Below the pieces are notes generated by a model. The model was not told the DNA's origin. It did no database searches and saw only the letters and a list, made by a program, of their open reading frames with translations. From Zygophlyctis sp. KS116 (Eukaryota; Fungi; Chytridiomycota): 30,569 bases of DNA. The DNA is taken from contig BAAFSQ010000104.1 in NCBI GenBank assembly GCA_054661495.1, forward strand, positions 1 through 30,569, read 5' to 3'. Shown here one piece after another: positions 1-9,541 of the stretch (position 1 is the stretch's first letter; every line of letters begins with the position of its first letter). The position numbers were made by a program, and so were the translations under genes.

Positions 1-4
1 AAGA

Positions 5-1834
5 CTAAACAAATGCAAAAACTTCCACTGTAAAAATTGTAAAATTGTTGGATTTATCGCCGGTGAGTGGGTCATTCCCAAATGTTTTACAGTGAGACGT
101 TTCTCCTTTTGAAAGCATTTCATCTAAATGCAATCCAATCCCAGATCCTCCTGCTCCAATATTAAGAAAATCCCCGCCTGATTGAACAAACAAGTTAGTT
201 CCATAAGAAGTCACATTCTCAGAATTCTGAGCATCTTCACTTTCAACATCAAATCTTCCCACCCAAGGGTATAATTTTGCGGAAGGTGCAAGAGTGAAAA
301 GAAATGTTTCACCTAAAGTTATTATAGAAGTATTTACCATTTCCATAATATTGTCCATCTGAATCACTCCATGGCTGTGATAGATAAGCACCGAAAATCC
401 TTCCATTTGTAGTTTCAATTATCAAAATCATTGGCGAAATATCTTGAGTTAATCTGTATAGGGTAGAAATATGACTTCCATGCTCTCTTGTTGTAAATAC
501 TAACTGTATTGAGCTCAATTGTTTTGATTGAGGGATCCAAGACCACAGTGCAATCCAATAGTCACTTTGTAAAACAGTGCTTGTCGATAATAAATCAACT
601 TTTTTTTCGCTTTCGTCGCTCTCATTACTAGAATGAATTTTATGAGATCGTAATATAAGCGATGAGATAAATTTGGGTAGACCTCTTTGATTCTTTGAGA
701 TTGTTGGCAAGTCTTCAGAACTAAATTTAGAAAGACTAGGATGGTGTTCTGCTAAATTAGATGTTTCAATTTTGATTGCTATTTTCTCTGCCGCATTGAA
801 GACAACCAAAAGACATTTTGGATCAGAAAATGTTGCAGACTTATAATTGAAAAAGTCATCTAGCTCTGCCATAGAGTTTAGTTTAAGCACATCTTTCTGA
901 TACTGTAATAGCAAGGCAAGAGCAAATTTAAATAAATAAGTATATCCTGTTAAAATATATCCGTCCAATATTTTCCACAATGCCTGTTGTGGAACAATAT
1001 CAATGAAAAAATCTTATTTTTAATTAATAACTATTACCTGAAAACCACTTATCCCAAAATGGCCTGGGTAAGCTTGAATGAAGTTTCTTAACATGTGAAT
1101 GTAACTTTTTACTTTTCTTGTAAAGTAAATTTCCAAATGCTCTACTTAAAATTTTTGAGTCTTTGACAGAACTTGGAAAATAAAATGACTGGTTTCGGAC
1201 GTCCTTTGGACTATAAGAAGAATTATTTGAATATAGACTTGATGAGTCATTTTTCCCTCCATTATTAATTTTGGTAATAGCAACCATTAATCCCAATAGT
1301 TGGTCGTTATCTTGAGCAAAATGAGTTAAAAGATAACATATGGCTGGAAGGCTGGGGGCGAATGTAAGATTGGGGAAATCGTTTGCCAGAATGCATAATA
1401 TATGGTCACTGACAATGATTCCTTCTGGCGTCAGAGCCAAAGACTTATCATAACTAATTCGGCCCTCGAATGATGGAGGAACAGGAGTTTCAGGAATTAC
1501 AGCACCATGAGTTCTGCGTTGTGACTGATTAAAATCCTTTTCAAACTCTGATGGTTAGTTTACCTAAATTCATACCATGAAGTCCGGTTTCAACCTGAAG
1601 AAGCTTGGAATACACAAAAACTGAAATGAGATAGCGTTGGCTTACCTCTCATATCATCAGGAACACCATATTTCATAAGTTTTGCTAGCCCCTTTATGTC
1701 TAGCAAGCTGCGTTCGAGAATTAGTCGGGATTTAGGATCATCCCAGATGGGCTATCGGGTAAAGGATTAAATCTTACTATAGACTCATTATATGTGATAA
1801 ATTTAGACTCTTCAACCCATTTATTATTAGCCAT
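5..1834 (-). CDS. TBC + TLDc domain protein (TBC1D24/Skywalker-like), 6 exons
   Basis: Manual splicing from ATG 1834 with GT-AG introns at 1752-1777, 1621-1645, 1548-1575, 1013-1037 and 313-337 gives one frame. It has TBC-like segments (LMKYGVPDDMR; LWKILDGYILTGYTYLFKFALALL) and a C-terminal TLDc domain (FTTREHGSHISTLY, FGAYLSQPW, YYGNGETFLF, TFGNDPL, VEVF). Confidence 0.85.
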
Positions 1835-1931
1835 CCTATGCTGAATTGATTCTAAAACTGACGTCTGCTGACTACGGAAAATAACAATCAGCCACCAACA
1901 AGTTGCCGTTGTTTCGCAATATTCCCTTCAA

Positions 1932-4449
1932 TTACATTTTCCTCTTTTTAAGTGTATGATCTGATTGAGGAATTTCATCAAGACTCGATCGAACAAATTC
2001 AAGGGGAGTTTCTGACGGCTTGTCCGTTTTGAGGTTAATCGCCATTTTAACTTTTGCCTTTGAGCGGCACACTAAATTTTCTTCTTCATCATCGGGATAG
2101 TCGACAAGTTTCTTTACAGGAGGTGCGGCTTCTACTGGGGATTCTTGGATTTCATTAACTTCCTCGTCTATACCATTAAAGTATGATTCTTCTTCTTTTT
2201 CAACGTCCCAACCAGTTCGTTGGACAATAGGGACTCTTGCTATAACTTGACTACTTATTATTTAAAAATAAATTCATACTCTGTAGAGTTATCATTAACT
2301 GTGGTAGATGTGTCAGCATTTTGTTCATTCTTGAGAATCAAACCCCTAAAAACTACAGTATAATCAAGTGACTCCAATTCATTTTTTCTGCTAGCTAAAA
2401 TGTTAGATATAAGGGGCCGAATGTTTTCCTACATATAAATATTTCAAAATATTACTTTTCTGATAAATTCAAAAAACTCTAGGCATGCAGAGTTCATTAA
2501 ATTATTACACTTTTTAGTTCCAAGACAGAAATCAAATACATGATTTAATACATCATTTTTCAAAATTATTCTAGTGTAAAATTCTTCTTTAGCCCCAACA
2601 CAAGTTCTAAATACTCGTAGAGCGGCTGAAATTAATAAATAAAAAATTTACCAATTCTGAGAAATGATTCTTTAGATAATAATAACAGTAACAATTTCTT
2701 GACAATACCACCCATGAAGAAAAATTTACTTCTAAATTGATGAAATTTGACCATGAATGAAAATAATTCACAACTAAGAAAACATATATCTACTAATGAA
2801 GACTCCATTTCAAGAAATTTAGTTCCATCTAACCGTTATATAAAGTAATTACCCTTTCTCGTTGAAATCATAACTTCATCCAACGACATGATTGGCTGAG
2901 AGAGTTGCGATAGATTTTTCTCGTAGAATAGCGTGAGAAAATCCTCTGCTTCTGATGTGTGTTGTACAATTCCTTCACTAACTGCGTCTACACGAACAGT
3001 ATCAATCATCATTCTAATAATTTCTGAAAGTTGTGATCGAAGCCCAGAATCAGGCTCATTGATAAACCTTTCTACAACAGTTTCCATCAATGTTTTTTGC
3101 ATTTGCTTTGATTGTGCCAAGCAGAAAGATCTTACCAATGACGATTCATTTTCAAGAATATTACTTAATAATGAAATTATTGCTATTCTAATTTCAATAT
3201 CAGGATCTCCAATTGTGTATTCAAAAATAGCAAAAAGTCCATGGCTAGCAAGAGATCTAAAAAACTCTACTTTAGACTGAGCATGTAGACTTTTAACAGT
3301 CGTAGACATTTCATGTAAAAACATGATGACATCCTTCCTCTTTTGGGAAGATAAATTCTCTTCTGATAATATCGCAAATACATGCGCTTGAAAAGTCTGA
3401 TCATTTTGTATAAACGCAATAATTTCTGTTTGATTAAAAAATGCAATTGAGCTAAGAGAAGAAAATGTCTGTTCATCTAAAATTCTGGCCAACGCAACAT
3501 CCTTTAAGAATTGTACTCTGTATGTTTGTATTATTTTGTAAGTGATTTCTGGACTGTTAAATTCAACAACCTAAATTTCACTATAAACCTTTATTACCTG
3601 CTTAAAATGTGATTTTTGACTTAAATGTTCTCTATAATCAGCCTTTATATGAGGATATTCTTTATCATCTAATTCTTGTAAGTTGATCATAAATTACATT
3701 CTAACATTCCCAACACATTTATAAATTTATCATCTTTTAAAATAATTTCATACAATCCAGTATCATTCAATAATACTATCTTTTTAAACCTTGAATTTCA
3801 TACAAATCATTCTCATTATATCTCCTAGTATATATAAATCTCCAATATTTTCCAAATCTTCACAATCATTAAAAACCTTGAATAGTTTTTCAAGAAAATC
3901 CTAAAAATTATTTGTTTTTAATTACAGACTTGATTAAATAATGAACAGTCTTATTTCTCCCTTGAAAGCTTTTGGATGCATCTTCTAAAAAACGAGATAT
4001 ATCTGGTAAATTTGATAATTCTGGGTCCATAATATTCCACTCTGACTTGTAATCATCCATTAAAAATGCTAATAATAATTTTAAATCAAAATACCATCTG
4101 TGGAGAGAGGTAACTGATCTATATCATGTTTATCAGCCCTCATTCTCTTTTGGGCTTCTTGAATCGAATCCCAAATTTCGTTACAACCGTTGATGTCCTG
4201 AAAACTTAGAGCCAACTCTGTTCCGTCCGGTTCGGTCCAGACGATGAGTGTCTCCTGTTGCCGACTGTAAGAATTAAAGTCTTGCCTGACGCTTGAATTC
4301 ATCAATAGTCCTTCAACGCTAGGATCTTCTGGTTTGATTATAATACAATTGACTTCCTTTGCCTCTACCCATTCAACCGAAACAGTTCCAGTCCCCTTAT
4401 CGACCCAATTAGAATCAGAATCCAGCTCATAGACTTTGACTCTAAACAT
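1932..4449 (-). CDS. PSY2: Protein phosphatase 4 regulatory subunit 3 (PP4R3/SMEK/Psy2), 10 exons
   Basis: N-terminal EVH1-like RVKVYEL..WVDKGTG..RQQETLIVWTE..LALSFQ..GC.EIW, then the SMK-1 region (TYRVQFLKDVALARILDE) and C-terminal KLVDYPDDEE. Nine introns of 24-29 nt restore the frame; stop TAA at 1932-1934. Confidence 0.93.
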
Positions 4450-4548
4450 TTTTTATGGCAAGTGAGAGGTTTACTGTGAGGAGTTGGTGTCAGTTAACTG
4501 ATGATTCTATTACAAACGTAAAACTAAAGTATGCAAATATGTCAGAGA

Positions 4549-5574
4549 TTATAAATAATCTGATAAATGATAACTGGCTAAAATCCGTGACTCTTCTTCT
4601 CCTCCAGTTACAAACCTTGGATTACAAGTCTCAAAAGATCCATCACTTTGCATATGTTTGTATAAACATGAAGTTCCAAAAGGGCATGATCCATTTCCAA
4701 AATTGAAATGTTTACAATTGATTTTAGAAAGTTGAGATTGATAATTTGAGACTATAAATGATTTTGTAATTTCATCATCTGGCCAAACAGTTGAAGGTGT
4801 TATGAAAAAAGTTATTGATCTACATATAGGACATGTTTTTGATGTAGAAACTGCTTCTTTACTTCTCCAGGTTCGTATACATTCTAAACAGACGCAATGT
4901 TCACATGATAATAACCCAAATCTTGCATCTTTCTTATTTTTGACAAGTTCCATACAAACTACACATTCCATATTTGAATCTGTCAAGGTTTTAATCTTTT
5001 CTTTTAGAGATTGACAAGTAGAAAAATGTTCTATTTTTTAGAAAATAAATATACCCTGATACTCTTCAATACTTCCTTGAGGATGTAATACTTTTCTATT
5101 ACATAAATGACATTCTAAGCCATGTTTGTACTTGCAATCTTTTCCAAATCTGCAATAGTCCTTGAAGGGGCATAATGGTGTACGATCATCAATTGGAACA
5201 AAGGGTTCAGTTGGCAGTATGTGAATTTCTCCATTATATTCAGCATTAGAATCAGCCTTTGATTCTTGGACTGATAGATTAGAAACTGCATTAGTTTTCG
5301 CCATGTCTGCATACTTTACTTGCACACTAGTTTCTCTTGAAATACTAGAATCGTTGGACTGGCAAACTGATCTGGGCACCGATCTAACCGGTTTGATCGT
5401 TTTAGTTGCTGATTTCTTATTGAGTTTAATGTGCTTGAGCGCACACTTATTTCCGAATCTACAGTCTCCTGTTTGATAATAAAGACAAATACCAGAGTCA
5501 TCATGGACAAAAGGACATTTACTTCCCTTGGTGCATTGCCCAAGAGAATAAAATTTACAACTAATTGAGCTCAT
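4549..5574 (-). CDS. MKRN: Makorin-like CCCH zinc finger / C3HC4 RING E3 ligase, 2 exons
   Basis: Three N-terminal CCCH fingers, a Cys-His motif, a RING (CVVCME..RFGLLSCEHCVCLECIRTWR..CPICR) and a C-terminal CCCH (CKHFNFGNGSCPFGTSCLYKH). 24-nt intron at 5031-5054. Confidence 0.9.
5571..5574 (-). other. Overlapping stop/start ATGA (UTP7 stop / makorin start)
   Basis: Minus strand reads AAG AAA TGA GCT. The TGA ends UTP7 and the overlapping ATG begins MSSISCKFY. Confidence 0.85.
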
Positions 5575-7043
5575 TTCTTATTAAATCTGTCTAATGCTTC
5601 TCTAGGCTTCTCCTTTTTCAAAACCTTTGACTCTAGAGCTGCAAGTTTTTCAACCCTCTTTGAGTCCTTGACATTATTTTGCTTTCTGAGATATCTACGG
5701 AGTGATGATGATTTCCCCTTCATTTTTCTCTTGATCTGGACAGTCTTACCATCACCAATATCTTGTTTTTCTTCTAATCTTTCCTTTTTTAGAACGTGGT
5801 TAGGAGCATCATCAATATTTCCAATTATATTTGGATCCAATGTAATCATTTCAGGTGCAAGTTTCTCTAATAGAGAATGTACTTCAGATTCTTGACGTTG
5901 TTTTGAAGTTTGATAAGGATTTGCTTCCATAGTGTCAAAGTTTGGTTCACCTGATCCAGGAATTATTAATGAAGATACACCTTTTGAATGGCCTAGTCCA
6001 AGGACATCTTCCCAAGGACAAAAGACTAAATCTGAAACTCTTGATCCTTCTTGAATATGCTTCATATATGCATCAGATTGTTTTTCTTTAAATATATTTT
6101 TCCATAAAGAGATATTAGGACCATGTCCAACTGCAAGAATACCTTTTTGACTGATAGATAGATGAGATGCAGGAGAAGGAGTATAATAATGATCAATGAG
6201 CTTAAATGTACGAATATCCCAAATTTTAAGTTGAGAATCTAATCCAACTGTTGCCATATAATTACCAGATAAATCAATTTTCAAATCCTGTATAGGACCT
6301 CTATGACACAACATTTTGACTAATGGAGATGACATACTTGGACTCCAAAGAGTTACAGTTCCATTATTATGTCCTAAATGAATTACTGCATTCCAAGGAT
6401 TTTGAGTCATTGACCTAGTAGGACCTAATTTAGTTCCATGTTCTGCAACTATTTTACCAGTTGAAGTATCTTGATACTTTAACCATCCTGTTTTACCACT
6501 TCCAACCAATAAAAAATGCCAATTTAAGAATTCTAATCTAGTAACATCTATAAAATCCTTTATAGAATGAATTTCTACTCCTTGATTATCATAAATAAAA
6601 GTATATTTCTTTTGTGCAACAGCAAATAACCCAGAATTATGACACCAAGAAACATCATGAATTGATTCTCTAGTATGAATTTCTGTACTTAATTTCCCTG
6701 ATTTCCAATCAAAAGCCGCAACATGACCTTTTTCACCTCCAATCAACATATATCTTGAATTTCTAGTATAATCCATTCTATAAGAACCAAAATCCAAATC
6801 CAACGTAAAAGATTTTTTAATAGAATTTAAATCTAGTGATTTACAGAGTTCTACTTGAGAAACTTTCCAAGTTTTTTCCATTTCATTTTCTGGCTCCAAG
6901 ACTCCAGATTCATTCAACAATAAATGCTGAGAAAGATTTAATTTCTCTATAGATTTCTTGAATTCCTTTTCATTCTTTTGAAGTTTAGATTTAAGTTTCT
7001 TGTCTGATATTTTCTTGAATGATATCGGCCTTGATCTTTCCAT
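5571..7043 (-). CDS. UTP7: U3 snoRNP WD40 protein Utp7/WDR46, intronless
   Basis: 490-aa ORF with WD40 repeats and the BING4CT motif (PGSGEPNFDTMEANPYQTSKQRQESEVHSLLEKLAPEMITLDP). Confidence 0.95.
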   Translation of the reverse strand: MERSRPISFKKISDKKLKSKLQKNEKEFKKSIEKLNLSQHLLLNESGVLEPENEMEKTWKVSQVELCKSLDLNSIKKSFTLDLDFGSYRMDYTRNSRYMLIGGEKGHVAAFDWKSGKLSTEIHTRESIHDVSWCHNSGLFAVAQKKYTFIYDNQGVEIHSIKDFIDVTRLEFLNWHFLLVGSGKTGWLKYQDTSTGKIVAEHGTKLGPTRSMTQNPWNAVIHLGHNNGTVTLWSPSMSSPLVKMLCHRGPIQDLKIDLSGNYMATVGLDSQLKIWDIRTFKLIDHYYTPSPASHLSISQKGILAVGHGPNISLWKNIFKEKQSDAYMKHIQEGSRVSDLVFCPWEDVLGLGHSKGVSSLIIPGSGEPNFDTMEANPYQTSKQRQESEVHSLLEKLAPEMITLDPNIIGNIDDAPNHVLKKERLEEKQDIGDGKTVQIKRKMKGKSSSLRRYLRKQNNVKDSKRVEKLAALESKVLKKEKPREALDRFNKK

Positions 7044-7140
7044 TTTTAAAATTATTTTAATCAGTGCAACAAATTTTTTTTGTCTGCCCTAAGCTGTGAA
7101 CCTTGCCCTTGTACATTGATTGCTTTTTGACTTTTGAGAA

Positions 7141-7500
7141 ATGTCTAGAGAAAAGATTGAATTCTCTTCAACTACTCCTTCATTCATTAAAAAACTTTTG
7201 GAATCTCCTGTACAGAAACCAGTACCTAAAAAAGAACCCGTAGATGATGGACCTGTGATTGTAAATGAAACTCAAGAAGCTATTAGCCAAGTCCCAAGAG
7301 AAAATAAAATAATAGAAATGGGAGCGCAAAAGTTGAAGAAGCAGATCAAATCCAAAAACTCAAATTCTAAAAATACCCTAGACATTAGCACTACAAGTGG
7401 ATATCAGTCTGGTGGCAGATCAGGTAGACTGTCAGGGAGCAAGATTGAAAAAACAAGAAAATCTATAAAGTTGCTCTCTTTTTCCGACCAAGAAGAGTAA
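7141..7500 (+). CDS. DUF4604 / KIAA1143-like small protein
   Basis: 119-aa ORF with N-terminal PSFIKKL, central DDGPVIV and C-terminal KLLSFSDQEE, a motif pattern typical of this family. Confidence 0.7.
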   Translation: MSREKIEFSSTTPSFIKKLLESPVQKPVPKKEPVDDGPVIVNETQEAISQVPRENKIIEMGAQKLKKQIKSKNSNSKNTLDISTTSGYQSGGRSGRLSGSKIEKTRKSIKLLSFSDQEE

Positions 7501-7567
7501 TGGAAGTTACATGTTTAATATGTAAATCTTATATCCATTTAAGATAATTTTACCGTTGCAATTTTTA

Positions 7568-8788
7568 ATGAAAACGTTTTACCGGAGAGATCTTCCGTCT
7601 GCATTATCATCATTTACATCAAGCAATGGGAAGAGACTATTTAAACAAGCATTGGCACAAGGAAACGCTGAAATTTATTTTAATCTTTCTGGAAACTTTG
7701 TAAATCAGTCTGAACCAGCATACTGTTCGCTAGGGTCATTGGTCATGGTCCTGAATGCTCTTGATATCGATCCAGGCAAAAGATGGAAGGGGGTCTGGAG
7801 ATGGTATTCAGATGAATTATTAGAATGTAAACCTCCAAAAGCACATATTCTGGAAAGGGGGCTCAGTTTAAGTCAATTAGCGGCTCTGGGAAGATGTAAT
7901 GGACTGCAAATTACTGCAAAAAGAGCAGATCAGGTCTCGTTTGAAGAGTTTAAAAGTGATTTATTAGAATCAGTTCAATCAAATTCAAAATATTTAATCT
8001 CAAATTTCTCTAGAACTTATCTTGGTCAGACTGGTGTTGGTCATTTTTCTCCTGTTGCTGCTTATGACTCTATAGATGACCAAGTATTGGTTCTTGATAC
8101 TGCAAGGTTTAAATATCCTAGTTACTTTGTCAATATAAAGGATTTATATAATGCAATGCTAACAGTTGATGAAGAATCTAAATTGTCTAGAGGTTATCTG
8201 ATCTTGTCTAAAGGAGATCTTAAACCAATGTCATTAATTAAACTAAATCATTTGGAACATTGGGATTTAAAATCTCTATTAAATGTTTTTATACCTCAAG
8301 AAATATCAAGGATTCAAAAAAAGGAACAGTTGATTGCTCTACTTTTAAATAACTTCATTAATGAATCGCAGTCTTTTCTTAATATTTCTCCTGGAGTAGA
8401 TCTTGCCGGAACAGGATTAAATAAGGAATACATTAATGATTTACTTAAATTGGACAATCAGATTTTACAGCATCCATTACACAAGATAATTCAGGATGTA
8501 GTAAAGCAAGACTCAAGTTTAGAGTCAAAATCTAAACTCTTCAATTCAAAACATTTACCGTTGGAATCTGGAATGTTTTCATTATTTGCAACTATTACTA
8601 TATTGTGCATGCCATCATCAATGTATGCGAATTCTCCTTTAAAGAATTGGATTATAGATCTGACTAGAATTCCCAAAACTTTTGGCCTTTTACTCGACGA
8701 GACTCAAAGATTATCAGAACAGATTGAGATTATTCTAAACAAGCATTGTACTTGCAATAATAAAAAGGAACAATCGATCCATCTTTAA
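7568..8788 (+). CDS. PCS1: Phytochelatin synthase (glutathione gamma-glutamylcysteinyltransferase), intronless
   Basis: First ATG in frame gives MKTFYRRDLP. Catalytic Cys (QSEPAYCSL), His (GHFSPV) and Asp (LDTARFKYP) are present, plus DPGKRWKGVWRWY. Confidence 0.93.
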   Translation: MKTFYRRDLPSALSSFTSSNGKRLFKQALAQGNAEIYFNLSGNFVNQSEPAYCSLGSLVMVLNALDIDPGKRWKGVWRWYSDELLECKPPKAHILERGLSLSQLAALGRCNGLQITAKRADQVSFEEFKSDLLESVQSNSKYLISNFSRTYLGQTGVGHFSPVAAYDSIDDQVLVLDTARFKYPSYFVNIKDLYNAMLTVDEESKLSRGYLILSKGDLKPMSLIKLNHLEHWDLKSLLNVFIPQEISRIQKKEQLIALLLNNFINESQSFLNISPGVDLAGTGLNKEYINDLLKLDNQILQHPLHKIIQDVVKQDSSLESKSKLFNSKHLPLESGMFSLFATITILCMPSSMYANSPLKNWIIDLTRIPKTFGLLLDETQRLSEQIEIILNKHCTCNNKKEQSIHL

Positions 8789-8804
8789 CTTGCCAATTTA
8801 AAAT

Positions 8805-9539
8805 ATGAGAAATCTAAGCTCATTAGCGATAACTGTAGGAACAGTTGGAAATTCATTAAATTTAATTTTTACTGGACATTATGGGGGAACAGCTAATAGT
8901 ATTTTATCAGCGACAACAGTCATGGGCTTATTAATGTTGGGCGATCTATTATCATTTGAAAACTCTTGGAAGAACTTTAAGATTCTAAAGCTGAACGGAT
9001 ATTCTGCTCTCCATGTTCTATCTTGTATATTCTGCTCTTATTTGCTAGCTATTCCTGGGACCCTGATAATGACTGAGATATTTATTGGAAACGATGGGCG
9101 GGTCGTACCATATTTCAACTTTTCTCTTTGTTTATATGTTACAATCTTTATGATCATATCAGAAATAGGATTCTCACTGGGTCATATAATACTACACAGT
9201 TATCTCCCTGGATTACATAGGATGCATCACTGTTGCATTCATGCATCATATCTAACAAACTTTGTATTTCATCCGTTGGATTTGATTTTGGAGTTTGGAA
9301 CTCCAATTCTAATGATTCTCTTGGTTAATTCCATTTTTTTCAATGATGATTATGCTGCATTATGGGCTATATCTATATTGATTTCTTGGTATGCATTGGA
9401 TCATGATGTGTTTCTTCAGTTTAAGCATACAAATCATCATCGTTTTGTTTCAAGTTACTATCATGCTTATTTAGGACTTAAAGGGGATTTCATTCAAGAT
9501 AATGTTAGAAAACTCGTGAAAAGGATTGACAAGAATTGA
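8805..9539 (+). CDS. Fatty acid hydroxylase / sterol desaturase superfamily membrane protein, intronless
   Basis: Hydrophobic helices with di-iron His boxes HIILH, HRMHH and HTNHH, plus FHPLD. Confidence 0.8.
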   Translation: MRNLSSLAITVGTVGNSLNLIFTGHYGGTANSILSATTVMGLLMLGDLLSFENSWKNFKILKLNGYSALHVLSCIFCSYLLAIPGTLIMTEIFIGNDGRVVPYFNFSLCLYVTIFMIISEIGFSLGHIILHSYLPGLHRMHHCCIHASYLTNFVFHPLDLILEFGTPILMILLVNSIFFNDDYAALWAISILISWYALDHDVFLQFKHTNHHRFVSSYYHAYLGLKGDFIQDNVRKLVKRIDKN

Positions 9540-9541
9540 AT

